Part shown: positions 46,216 through 55,801 of the stretch, in pieces
Numbering within the stretch: position 1 is the stretch's first letter
Layout of the letters: each line of letters opens with the position of its first letter
Source: an uncultured beta proteobacterium
GTDB lineage: Bacteria; Pseudomonadota; Gammaproteobacteria; Burkholderiales; SG8-39
NCBI GenBank assembly: GCA_963789885.1
Contig: CAWBNB010000049.1
Coordinates: 65,304-129,303, forward strand
Direction of reading: 5' to 3'
Length of the DNA: 64,000 nt
Translations under genes and position numbers: made by a program
The notes under the pieces: generated by a model
What the model was told of the DNA's origin: nothing
What the model saw: the letters and a program-made list of their open reading frames with translations, nothing else
The model's database searches: none

Positions 46216-46830
46216 TCACCGCCCGTACGCGCGCCGCCGCCAATACTTAAGCATCAGCCACCCGCCCAGCATCCCGCCGAGGTGCGCGAAGTGCGCCACC
46301 CCAGCCTGAGTCCCGGTCACGCCCAGATATAACTCGATCGCCGCGTACACGATCACGAACAGCCACGCCGGCATCGGGATCGGCGGAATCAGCAGCACGA
46401 TCACCCGCCGCGGGAAGTTGATCCCGAAAGCAAGCAGCAGCCCGAACACGCCGCCTGACGCCCCCACGGTCGGGTAGTAGGAGCCGGTCGCCGCCGACAC
46501 CACGAGCTGCGTGATCCCGGCCGACAGCACCGCGACGAACCAGTAGGTGAGATAGCGCCGCCGGCCGAACAGCCGCTCGAGCTCGGATCCGAACATCCAC
46601 AGCGCGAACATGTTGAGGAAGAGGTGGGTGAAGCCGCCGTGGAGGAAGCTGTAGGTAATCAGCTGCCACGGCTGGAACGTGCCGCCCACGACGTTCGATC
46701 CGACGTCCGGCGAAGCGCCGAGCGGCCAGAGCGCGAAGCTCAGCACCCACTGGGCGCCTGCGCCGAGCTGCACGATGTACGCGAGCACGGTCGCGACGAT
46801 CAGGGCGAAGGTGGCGGGCGGGATGGACAT
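46216..46830 (-). CDS. Rhomboid-family intramembrane serine protease
   Basis: Track ORF of 204 aa. It shows FLHGGFTHLFLNMFALWMFG, the GASGG catalytic Ser and the AHLGG catalytic His. Confidence 0.85.
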   Translation of the reverse strand: MSIPPATFALIVATVLAYIVQLGAGAQWVLSFALWPLGASPDVGSNVVGGTFQPWQLITYSFLHGGFTHLFLNMFALWMFGSELERLFGRRRYLTYWFVAVLSAGITQLVVSAATGSYYPTVGASGGVFGLLLAFGINFPRRVIVLLIPPIPMPAWLFVIVYAAIELYLGVTGTQAGVAHFAHLGGMLGGWLMLKYWRRRAYGR

Positions 46831-46966
46831 CGCGGCGGGCGGAGTCGGGAGGGTACATGAGGCCCGGGTCGCGCGATATCAACCGCGGGTGGCGGCGGCT
46901 CCTCCGCTACCCATTTCGCGCCGGCCGGAGCAAACTTCGTCGACCGACCGGACGAGGAGACTCGGG

Positions 46967-47467
46967 ATGAACCGTGACGAGCTGCGGTCGATCCAGGCGC
47001 CGCTCAAGCAGCGCTATCGCGACGACCCACAGGCCGGGACCATAACGCTCAAGGCCGAAGGCCGTCTCGGCGAAGGCGTGTCGTGCAGCGTCGAGACCGG
47101 GCGGGCGCTCGTCGAGGCCGGCCTCCATCCCGGTACCGGCGGCAGCGGCCTGCAGGCCTGCTCGGGCGACATGCTGCTGCAGGCGCTGGTCGCCTGCGCG
47201 GGCGTGACGCTCTCGGCCGTGGCGACGTCGATGGGCATCGCGCTGCGCGGTGGGCGGCTTCGCGCCGAGGGTGACGTCGACTTTCGCGGCACGCTCGGAG
47301 TAGCAAAGGATGCGCCGGTGGGCTTTCGCCAGATCCGCCTCGCGATCGAACTCGACTGCGACGCGCCGGAAGCCGAGCGCGCGAAGCTCCTCGAGCTGAC
47401 CGAGCGGTATTGCGTCGTCTACCAGACGCTGCGCAACGGTCCGGAGCTCCGCATCGCGCTCGCCTGA
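46967..47467 (+). CDS. OsmC-family protein
   Basis: Internal ATG after gaggag in track ORF 46679..47467. It shows GSGLQACSGDMLLQALVACAG and LTERYCVVYQTL. Confidence 0.8.
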   Translation: MNRDELRSIQAPLKQRYRDDPQAGTITLKAEGRLGEGVSCSVETGRALVEAGLHPGTGGSGLQACSGDMLLQALVACAGVTLSAVATSMGIALRGGRLRAEGDVDFRGTLGVAKDAPVGFRQIRLAIELDCDAPEAERAKLLELTERYCVVYQTLRNGPELRIALA

Positions 47468-47474
47468 CCGGCCG

Positions 47475-47933
47475 ATGCGCGTCGGCCTGATCTCGGACAC
47501 CCACGGCCTGCTACGGCCGGAGGCGCTCGAGCAGCTGCGCGGCGCGTCGCACATCATCCACGCCGGCGACATCGGCGGCGCGGAAATCCTCGCGGACCTG
47601 CGCGCGCTCGCGCCGCTCACCGCAGTCCGCGGGAACAATGACCGGGCACGCTGGGCGCGTGGAGTCCGCGCCACCGAGACGGTGCGGATCGGCGAGGTCC
47701 GCGTCTACGTCGTCCACGACCTCGCCGGGCTGGAGATCGACCCGGCGGCGGACGGCTTCCGGGTCGTCGTCTCCGGCCACTCGCACCGGCCGCGCATCGA
47801 GGAGCGCGCCGGCGTCCTGTACGTCAACCCCGGCAGCGCCGGGCCGCGCCGCTTCCGGCTGCCGGTCGCCGTGGCCCGGCTGGAAATCGACGGCTCGCGC
47901 GTGCGGGCGACGATCGAGGAACTCGAGGTATAG
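47475..47933 (+). CDS. YfcE/MJ0936-type metallophosphoesterase
   Basis: Track ORF of 152 aa. Motifs are MRVGLISDTHG, HAGD, GNND, VSGHSH and NPGS. Confidence 0.85.
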   Translation: MRVGLISDTHGLLRPEALEQLRGASHIIHAGDIGGAEILADLRALAPLTAVRGNNDRARWARGVRATETVRIGEVRVYVVHDLAGLEIDPAADGFRVVVSGHSHRPRIEERAGVLYVNPGSAGPRRFRLPVAVARLEIDGSRVRATIEELEV

Positions 47934-47973
47934 CGGGCGAAGGCACGTTATCCTTGGGGGCAGAGAGGGCGCG

Positions 47974-48468
47974 ATGGACTTCACATCCCTGTTCGACTAC
48001 TCGGGCGCGGCCGCGGCCCACCCGCCCCAGGCGGAGGAGCTGGTGTTCCTTCCGCGCGCGACCCCCGAGGACTGGGCGAAGCTCATCGATCACACCGAGG
48101 CGCGACGCTTCGTCGCCGGCGACGTCGTGGTCCGCGAGGGCAGCGCCGCGCAGGAGCTCTACATCGTCACCCGCGGCAGCCTGGAGGTGCTGGTCGAGGG
48201 CGAGAAGGCGGGCGAGCTCCGCAAGATCGCGGCGATCGAACCGGGCTCGGTGTTCGGGGAGCAGTCGTTCGTCGACGGCAAGCCGCGCTCGGCGAACGTG
48301 CGGGCGCTCTCCGACGGCGAGATCCGCAGCCTCACGCTGCCCGCGTTCGAGGTGCTCGCGGCCAAGGAGCCCGCGCTCGCCCGCATGGTGCTGTTCGACC
48401 TCGCGCGGATTCTCTCCCTTCGCCTCCGCCAGACCACCGGCCGCGTCCGGAATCTCGGACTGGGATAG
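47974..48468 (+). CDS. Stand-alone cyclic-nucleotide-binding domain protein
   Basis: Internal ATG of track ORF 47638..48468. It shows FVAGDVVVREGSAAQELYIVTRGSLEV...GSVFGEQSFVDGKPRSANVRA. Confidence 0.75.
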   Translation: MDFTSLFDYSGAAAAHPPQAEELVFLPRATPEDWAKLIDHTEARRFVAGDVVVREGSAAQELYIVTRGSLEVLVEGEKAGELRKIAAIEPGSVFGEQSFVDGKPRSANVRALSDGEIRSLTLPAFEVLAAKEPALARMVLFDLARILSLRLRQTTGRVRNLGLG

Positions 48469-48474
48469 GGCCCG

Positions 48475-51137
48475 ATGAACGGCGCGGCGCTGCCGGTCTT
48501 TCCGAACTACACGCAGCTTCCGTCCCGTGTCCCGATCGCGGCCTGGCACGTGCTCCGCGTGCTCAGCGTCGCCGCGGCCGTCGCGCTCGCGGGCCTCCTC
48601 GTCGTCCGGCCCGAGCAGGGGCTCTTCCTGCTGTGGCAGCTCGTCATCCCGATCGTCCCGGCCGTCTTCCTGGTCGCGCCCGGGCTGTGGCGCAACGTCT
48701 GCCCGCTCGCGGCGCTCAACCAGCTGCCGCGCGGTCGCCGGGTTCACGAAGGGGCTCACGCACACGCCCGCGATCCGCGAATACAGCTTCGTCATCGGCA
48801 TCGCCGCGTTCTTCGCGCTCGTGTCGGCGCGCAAGTTCCTGTTCAACGCCGACGGCGCGACGACCGCCGCGCTGATCCTCGCCGCGCTCGGCCTCGCGTT
48901 CCTCGGCGGCGTCGTCTTCAAGGGCAAGAGCGGCTGGTGCTCGAGCGTGTGCCCGCTCTTGCCGGTGCAGCGGCTCTACGGGCAGACGCCGTTCGTCACG
49001 GTCCCCAACTCGCATTGCCGCCCCTGCGTCGGCTGCACCAAGAACTGCTACGACTTCAACCCCAAGGTCGCATACCTCGCCGACCAGTACGACGATGACC
49101 GGCGCTACGTCGGCTACCGCCGCTTCTTCGCGGCGGTGTTCCCCGGATTCGTCGCGGCGTTCTACCTCGTGCCGGACCCGCCCGCGGTGACCGTGCCGCG
49201 GATGTACTTCGAATTCGCCGCCTACATGGCGGTGAGCCTCGCGGCGTTCACGACGCTCGAGACGTTCGCCAAGGTCCGCGTCAACACGCTGACCGCGCTG
49301 TTCGCGGCGGTCGCGTTCAACGTCTACTACTGGTTCAGCGCCGAAACGATCGTCGGCGCCGTCGGTGCTCTCGCCGGGACGACGCCGGCGCCGCTCCTGG
49401 GTTGGGTCATCCGCGGGCGCGGTGCTTGCGGTCACCGTCGTCTGGCTGGCGCGCACGCTGCTCGTCGAGCGTCGCTTCGTGGCGCTCTCGGTGGCGACCG
49501 CGAGCGCGCCGGCCGCGCGGCTCGGCGAGGGCGCCGCGATCGCGCTCGAGAAAGCGGCGACGCGCGAGCGCGCGCAGGTGTCGTTCAAGCCCGAGGGCAA
49601 GCGGGTCGCCATCGAGCCGGGCCAGACGCTGCTCGCGATCGCCGAGCAGTGCGGCCTCACGCTCGAATCGGGCTGCCGGATGGGGATCTGCGGCGCCGAC
49701 CCGGTCGCGATCCTGGAGGGCATGGGGAACGTTTCCGCGCTCGGTGACGACGAGCGCGCGACGCTCGCGCGGCTCGGTCTCGCCGACAACACGCGGCTCG
49801 CCTGCTGCGCGCGGGTGAACGGCCCGGTCGCCGTCTCGCTCACGCCGCAGCGCCGGGCGGCGACGCGCACCGCGCCCGCGCCGGCGGCGCGCTTCGACCC
49901 GGCCGTCCGCCGCGTGGTCGTCATCGGTCACGGCATCGCCGGCGTGACCGCTGCGGACCACGTCCGGCGGCTCAATCCCGACTGCGAAGTCACGGTCGTG
50001 GGCAAGGAGAAGTTCCCGCTCTACAACCGCATGGGCATCACGCGGCTGATCTACGGCCGCTCGGCGATGCAGGGGCTCTACCTGCTGCCCGACGCGTGGT
50101 ACGCAGAAAATGCGATCTCCTGCTGGCTGAATACGCGCGCCGCGCGGATCGACGTCGGCGCGCAGACGGTCGCGCTCGCCACCGGCGAAACGCTGCCGTA
50201 CGACCGGTTGATCCTCGCAACCGGCAGCGCGGGCTACGTCCCGACGATCCCCGGGTTCGGCGCCGCGGGCACCTTCGTGCTGCGCGAGGCCGAGGACGCC
50301 ATGTACATCCGCTCCTACGCGCAGGACACGGACGCGCGCAACGCGGTCGTCGCGGGCGGCGGGCTGCTGGGGCTGGAGGCCGCGTACGCGCTCCTGAAGC
50401 TCGGCCTGCGCGTGACGGTGCTCGAGCGCGGGCGCTGGCCGCTGCAGCGGCAGGTCGACGAGCGCGGCGGGACGGTCCTCCGCGAGTACCTCGCCGGGCT
50501 CGGCATCCAGGTCTTCGTCGAGTCGGAGGTGGCACGCCTCGCGGTCGAGGACGGGCTCGTCAAGGAGGCGGTGCTGCGGGACGCCCGGGCGCTGCCATGC
50601 GACGTGTTTCTCGCGTGCGCCGGGATCCGTCCCAACGTCGCCCTCGCCGCGGAGGCGGGCCTGACGGTGAACCGCGGCGTCGTCGTCGACAGCCACCTGC
50701 GGACGAGCGCACCGAACATCTACTGCGTCGGCGACGCGGCGGAGTTCCGCGGCGAGCTCTACGGCCTGTGGCCGGCGTGCGTGGAGCAGGGCGCGATCGC
50801 GGCGGCGAACGCGGTGGGCGACGACAAGGAGTACGCCGGCACGATCCCGTCGACGATCCTCAAGGTGGTCGGCGCCGACCTCGCGTCGATCGGACGCATC
50901 GCTGCGACCCCGGAGGACCAGGTGGTCGTGTTCGAGGATCCCGAGGCGCGCCGCTACGCGAAGCTCGTGGTCGCCGGCGGGAAGATCGCCGGCGCGATCC
51001 TCCTCGGCTTTCCGAAGGAGGCCCCGCTCGTCACCGAGGCGCTGAAGAGCGGCCGCGACGTGAGCCGCGACATCGGGGCGCTGCGCGTCGGCGACTGGAG
51101 CGTGCTCGAGCCGGCGGCCGAGGGCGCGACGGCATGA
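48475..51137 (+). pseudogene. Fusion protein: polytopic membrane polyferredoxin (NapH/NosR-like Cys motifs) + 2Fe-2S ferredoxin-like domain + FAD/NAD(P) pyridine-nucleotide-disulfide-type reductase. It is interrupted by two +1 frameshifts.
   Basis: Three track ORFs in successive +1 frames carry the gene. 48475.. reads ...LWRNVCPLAALNQLPR. 48527.. reads AVAGFTKGL...GWCSSVCPLLPVQRLYG...CRPCVGCTKNCYDFNP...LLGWVIRG. 49365.. reads AVLAVTVVW...ESGCRMGICGADP...LACCARV...RVVVIGHGIAGVTAA...AVVAGGGLLGLEAA...IYCVGDAAEF. The junctions are at ~48730-48736 and ~49410-49421. The 2663 nt minus 2 equals 887 codons. Confidence 0.7.
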
Positions 51138-51490
51138 GGAATCTCGCGCCGGAGGTCTTCCGCCAGCGGTTGCTGGTCGAGGGCCGCTACGTCGGCGAGG
51201 TCACGCGCGAGCGGCTCGCCGCGTACCTGCTCGGCATCGCCGCGCATCTCGACCTGAGGGCGTACGGCGAGCCGACGATCTACTCGCCGGCCGGGCTCGG
51301 AAAGGCGGAGAACCAGGGCTTCGACGCGTTCCTGCCGCTGATCGATTCCGGCATCGCGGCGTACGTGTGGACGAGCGCGAAGTTCTTCTCGATCGTGCTC
51401 TACACCTGCAAGGGTTTCGACGCGCAGGCGGCGGTCGGCTACACCCGCGAGTTCTTCGGCGCGGGCGAAATCGAGTCGCTGGCGTTTTAG
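51134..51490 (+). CDS. S-adenosylmethionine decarboxylase-fold (SpeH/AdoMet_dc-like) small protein, divergent
   Basis: This is the tail of track ORF 50096..51490. Its ATG overlaps the reductase stop (ATGA). The segment FDAFLPLIDSGIAAYVWTSAKFFSIVLYTCKGFD parallels the SpeH (E-S)HxxIHTWPE...DVFTCG region. Confidence 0.55.
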   Translation: MRNLAPEVFRQRLLVEGRYVGEVTRERLAAYLLGIAAHLDLRAYGEPTIYSPAGLGKAENQGFDAFLPLIDSGIAAYVWTSAKFFSIVLYTCKGFDAQAAVGYTREFFGAGEIESLAF

Positions 51491-51567
51491 TGTTCCGTCG
51501 CCGAAGGCCGGGCGTTCGTCCATTCGCCGCTACGCCGTACCCGATTTCACCACCGAGGGACGTTCCG

Positions 51568-52920
51568 ATGCATTGCATGCGCAAAAACCTGTTGAACGCC
51601 GTCCTTGTCCTCGGCTGCTGCCCGGTGTCGGTCGCCCTCGCGCAGGACCGGCCGCCTAGCGGGGTGCTGTTCGAGAACGTCCGCATCTACAGCGGGACGG
51701 CCGACCGCCTGTCGGCAGCGTCGAACGTTCTCGTAGTGGGCAACGTGATCAGGACGATCTCGAGCGGGCCGATCGCGGATCCGGCCGGCGTCGAGGTGCA
51801 GCGCATCCGGGGCGGCGGGCGCACGCTGATGCCCGGACTGATCGACAACCACTGGCACACCATGCTCGTCCGACCCCTGCCGTCGCAGGCCATCGAGAGC
51901 GACGTCGGCTATCTGAACCTGCTGGCCGGCGCGGAGGCGCAGGCCACCCTGATGCGAGGCTTCACGAGCGTGCGGGATCTGGGCGGGCCGTCGTTCGGGC
52001 TGAAGCGCGCCATCGACGAGGGCCTCGCGGTCGGACCGCGCATCTATCCGTCCGGCGCGATGATTACCATCACCGGCGGTCACGGCGATTTCCGCAGCCC
52101 ATCCGAGCTGCCGCGGCGACTGGGCGGACCGCTGTCGCGCATGGAGCTCATCAACGGCAGCATGGTGGCCGATTCACCGGACGAGGTGCGGGTCCGCGCA
52201 CGTGAGCAGCTCCTGCTCGGGGCCTCGCAGATCAAGCTGACGGCCGGCGGCGGCGTCGCGTCGCCGCACAGTCCCCTGGACGTGTCCACCTTCAACGAGG
52301 ACGAGCTGCGGGCGGCGGTGCAGGCCGCCGAGAACTGGGGGACCTACGTCGGCGTGCACGCGTACACCCCGGCCGCCATACGGCGGGCCATCGCCGCGGG
52401 CGTAAAGGTCATCGAGCACGGCCACTTGATGGACGATCCGACCGCCGAGCTCATCGCGCAGAAGGGCATCTGGTTGAGCTTCCAGCCCTTCACGGACGAC
52501 GCGGCCGCCGCGTTCCTGGCGCCGGCCAATCGTCTTCGGTTGCAGCAGGTGATCGCGGGGACCGAACGGACCGTCGCGCTGGCCAAGAAATACCGGATCA
52601 AGATGGCGTTCGGAACCGACATCCTGTTCTCCGCGTCTGCGGCGACGCGACAGGGGGCGGAGCTCGTCAAGATGCTCAAGTGGTACACCGCACCGGAGGC
52701 CCTGGCGATGGCCACCAGCACCAATGCCGAGCTGCTCAAGCTGTCGGGCCCGCGCGACCCGTACCCGGGCCGGCTGGGCGTCGTGGAAGAAGGCGCGCTG
52801 GCGGATCTGCTGCTGGTGGACGGCGACCCGCTGACGAACCTCAAGCTGATCGAGGAGCCGGCGAAGAACTTCGTGGTGATCATGAAGGACGGCAGGATCT
52901 TCAAGAACCTCCTGCAGTGA
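51568..52920 (+). CDS. Secreted amidohydrolase-family protein (metal-dependent hydrolase)
   Basis: Internal ATG after gaggga in track ORF 51367..52920. It has a signal peptide (MHCMRKNLLNAVLVLGCCPVSVALA). Supporting motifs are MPGLIDNHWH, VHAYT, IEHGH, FGTD and GALADLLLVDGDPL. Confidence 0.8.
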   Translation: MHCMRKNLLNAVLVLGCCPVSVALAQDRPPSGVLFENVRIYSGTADRLSAASNVLVVGNVIRTISSGPIADPAGVEVQRIRGGGRTLMPGLIDNHWHTMLVRPLPSQAIESDVGYLNLLAGAEAQATLMRGFTSVRDLGGPSFGLKRAIDEGLAVGPRIYPSGAMITITGGHGDFRSPSELPRRLGGPLSRMELINGSMVADSPDEVRVRAREQLLLGASQIKLTAGGGVASPHSPLDVSTFNEDELRAAVQAAENWGTYVGVHAYTPAAIRRAIAAGVKVIEHGHLMDDPTAELIAQKGIWLSFQPFTDDAAAAFLAPANRLRLQQVIAGTERTVALAKKYRIKMAFGTDILFSASAATRQGAELVKMLKWYTAPEALAMATSTNAELLKLSGPRDPYPGRLGVVEEGALADLLLVDGDPLTNLKLIEEPAKNFVVIMKDGRIFKNLLQ

Positions 52921-52959
52921 GGAATCGAACCAATCGACAAATCGATAAGGAGCTTGCCA

Positions 52960-53751
52960 ATGAATCTTGCTGACCGTACGGCAGTCGTCACCGGCGCGGG
53001 TTCCGGCCTCGGACGGGCGATCGCGCTCGCGCTTGCCGCGCGCGGCGCGAGGGTCGCGACCGTCGACCTCGACGCGGCGTCCGCGGAGGAGACGGCGAAG
53101 ATGATCGGCGCCGCGGGCGGCGGCGCGGCGGCGTTCCGGGCCGACACCAGCGTTGCCGCCGACATCGATCGCGCAGTGGCCGGGGCGGTGAGCCGGTTCG
53201 GTCCGCTCGAGATCATGGTCAACAACGCCGGGATCCTCGACGGTTATTTCAGCGTGGACGAGATGACCGAGGCCGTCTGGCGGCGCGTGATCGACATCGA
53301 TCTCACCGGCGTGTTCCTCGGCTGCAAGCGCGCGCTGCAGGACATGCTCCCGCGCGGCCGCGGCCGGATCGTGAACATGGCGTCGGTGGCCGGGCTCAAC
53401 GGCACTGGCGGGGGCGCGGCGTACATCGCCGCCAAGCACGGCGTCGTCGGACTCACCCGCCAGATGGCGGTCGCCTATTCGGCGCGGGGCATCACCGTGA
53501 ACGCGGTCTGCCCGGGCGCGATTCCCACCGGCTTGCGCCAGAACTCCCAGGGAATCCTCGGCCCGGGCGTGCCCGACATGAGCGGCCGCGGCGTCGCCGT
53601 CAGCGACGAGCAGGTCCGCGCCCTGGTGCCCGCCGGGCGGCGCGGCACGGTCGAGGACGTCGCCTCCGCGGTGTGCTACCTCGCGAGCGACGAGGCCGGC
53701 TACATCACCGGTCACACGATGGTCGTGGACGGCGGGTGGCGCGCGAAGTGA
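52960..53751 (+). CDS. Short-chain dehydrogenase/reductase (SDR)
   Basis: Track ORF 52954..53751. The ATG follows aaggag. Motifs are VVTGAGSGLGRA, NNAGI and YIAAKHG (YxxxK). Confidence 0.85.
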   Translation: MNLADRTAVVTGAGSGLGRAIALALAARGARVATVDLDAASAEETAKMIGAAGGGAAAFRADTSVAADIDRAVAGAVSRFGPLEIMVNNAGILDGYFSVDEMTEAVWRRVIDIDLTGVFLGCKRALQDMLPRGRGRIVNMASVAGLNGTGGGAAYIAAKHGVVGLTRQMAVAYSARGITVNAVCPGAIPTGLRQNSQGILGPGVPDMSGRGVAVSDEQVRALVPAGRRGTVEDVASAVCYLASDEAGYITGHTMVVDGGWRAK

Positions 53752-53764
53752 TTCGGGCGCGGGC

Positions 53765-54679
53765 CTAAGCCTTCACCAGGGGGACGATGTCGCCGCCATC
53801 GCGAGCGATCGCCCTCGCGCGCACGAGATCGGCGACGAGCCAGTCGGCGAGCGCCTCCGGCTTCATGTGCAGATGGCGCGCGTTTAGCTCGCGCAGCAGC
53901 CCGACCTCTTCGCAGGAGCGTGGCAGGTCCGCCACCGCCATCCGCCGCTTCTCGAGCAGGGCGAAGACGAGCAGCACCTTCACGCAGTGCCGGGCGTGCC
54001 GCGTGACGTCCTCCTCGTAGCCGTCGAGGCGGTAGAACGAGCGCTCGAGCGCGCGGGTGACGTCGGCGAACACCCGTCCGTGGCCGGGAATGACGGTGCG
54101 CACGCCGAGCTTCGCGATCGTTTCGAGCGTCGCGCGCGCTTCGCCGAAAGCGGCGAGCTCGCCAAAGAGCGCCGGGAACACGATGCCGAATCCGTCCTCC
54201 CACAGCGCGTCGCCCGAGACGAGGATCCCGTGCTCGGGGGCGAAGAACATCAGCGCGTGCGGATCGTGGCCGGGGGCCGCGAGCGCCTGCCAGTCGATGT
54301 CGCCGAGCCGGAACGTGTCGCCGGCGCGCAGCGTGTCGTCGTAGCGGAAGCGCTCGGCCCGCTGGCCGGCGAAACCGAGCACGAGCTCGCGCTCGTCCCA
54401 GCGGTCGACGAGCGGCGCCTCGCCGGCGGGGATCGTGATGCGGCAGCCGTGCACGTCCTGCAGCGCGCGGTTCGCGCCCATGTGGTCGGAGTGGCAGTGG
54501 GTGTTGACGAGCCGTGCGAGCGGCTCGCCGCCGAGCGCGTGCGCGACGAGCGCGAGAGTCTGCGGCGCATGCGTGAGATATCCGGAGTCGATCAGCGCGG
54601 CGCCGTCCGTCCCGCGCAGGAGGACGTTGTTCGACGAGAGCCAGCCGCGCTCGAAGACCCGGATCTGCTCAGGAAGCAA
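53765..54679 (-). CDS. MBL-fold metallo-hydrolase
   Basis: Track ORF 53765..54781. The plausible start is the TTG at 54679 ([21 protein letters not shown]). The THCHSDHMG motif is present. The start is uncertain. Confidence 0.7.
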   Translation of the reverse strand: MLPEQIRVFERGWLSSNNVLLRGTDGAALIDSGYLTHAPQTLALVAHALGGEPLARLVNTHCHSDHMGANRALQDVHGCRITIPAGEAPLVDRWDERELVLGFAGQRAERFRYDDTLRAGDTFRLGDIDWQALAAPGHDPHALMFFAPEHGILVSGDALWEDGFGIVFPALFGELAAFGEARATLETIAKLGVRTVIPGHGRVFADVTRALERSFYRLDGYEEDVTRHARHCVKVLLVFALLEKRRMAVADLPRSCEEVGLLRELNARHLHMKPEALADWLVADLVRARAIARDGGDIVPLVKA

Positions 54680-54887
54680 TGCTGTTCTTGCGCGCAGCGA
54701 GTTTGGCGAGCACCGCGACCTTCTCCTCGCGCGTCGCGCCCGACCAGCAGGCGATCTCGTCGATGGTGCGGAAGCAGCCATCGCACCAGCCGGTCTGCGG
54801 ATTCATCTTGCACACGTTGATGCAGGGCGAAGGCACGTCGTCGACCCGCCCGCCGGGGATCAGCTCGAGCTTCGGCTTCCCGCTCAT
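54669..54887 (-). CDS. DUF1289-family small Cys-rich protein
   Basis: This is the tail of the chimeric track ORF 54669..56729. It reads [48 protein letters not shown]. Its ATG overlaps the upstream stop (ATGA). Confidence 0.7.
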   Translation of the reverse strand: MSGKPKLELIPGGRVDDVPSPCINVCKMNPQTGWCDGCFRTIDEIACWSGATREEKVAVLAKLAARKNSIAS

Positions 54888-55792
54888 GCCGCGCGCTTCG
54901 CGGCGAGCGCCTTGGCCACCTTGGACGTCGGCTCGCGCCCGAGCGCGTCGCAGATGAAGCGGCCCGCTTCGAACACCCTGGCGAGGTCGACGCCGGTCTC
55001 GATCCCCAGACCGTCGAGCATGTAGATGACGTCCTCGGTGGCGACGTTGCCGGACGCGCCCTTCGCGTACGGACAGCCGCCGAGTCCGGCGACCGAGCTG
55101 TCGGCGGTGGCGACCCCCATCTCCATCGCCGCGTAGAGGTTCGCGAGCGCCTGGCCCCAGGTGTCGTGCAGGTGCACCGCGAGCGCCGGTACCGGCACCT
55201 CGCGCGCGACGGCCTCGATCATCCGCTTCACCTTGCCCGGGGTGCCGACGCCGATCGTGTCGCCGAGCGAAATCTCGTAGCAGCCCATCGCGTGCAGCTT
55301 CTTCGCGACGGCCGCGACCGCCCCCGGCGCTACCTCGCCCTCGTAGGGACAGCCGGCGACGCAGGAGACGTAGCCGCGCACCTTGATGCCCTTCGCCCGC
55401 GCCGCCTCGGCGACCGGCGCGAAGCGTTCCAGGCTTTCGGCGATCGACGCGTTGATGTTCTTCCGGCTGAAGGTCTCCGATGCCGCGCCGAACACTGCGA
55501 TCTCTTCCGCCCCGGCCGCTGCGGCGGCCTCGAAGCCCTGCATGTTCGGCACGAGCACCGGATACGAGACGCCGGGCTTGCGCCGGATGGCCCGCAGGAC
55601 CTCGGCGTGGTCGGCCATCTGCGGTACCCACTTCGGCGACACGAACGCGGTCGCTTCGACCGCTGGCAGCCCGGCGTCGGCGAGCCGTTCGATCAGCTCG
55701 ACCTTGACCGCGGTGGGGACGCTCTTCGGCTCGTTCTGCAGGCCGTCGCGCGGACCCATTTCGACGATGCGGACTCTGCCGGGCAGGGACAT
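54884..55792 (-). CDS. Hydroxymethylglutaryl-CoA lyase
   Basis: Track ORF of 302 aa. Motifs are [46 protein letters not shown] and GLGGCPYA. Confidence 0.85.
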   Translation of the reverse strand: MSLPGRVRIVEMGPRDGLQNEPKSVPTAVKVELIERLADAGLPAVEATAFVSPKWVPQMADHAEVLRAIRRKPGVSYPVLVPNMQGFEAAAAAGAEEIAVFGAASETFSRKNINASIAESLERFAPVAEAARAKGIKVRGYVSCVAGCPYEGEVAPGAVAAVAKKLHAMGCYEISLGDTIGVGTPGKVKRMIEAVAREVPVPALAVHLHDTWGQALANLYAAMEMGVATADSSVAGLGGCPYAKGASGNVATEDVIYMLDGLGIETGVDLARVFEAGRFICDALGREPTSKVAKALAAKRAA

Positions 55793-55801
55793 GAGGCGAT
55801 T

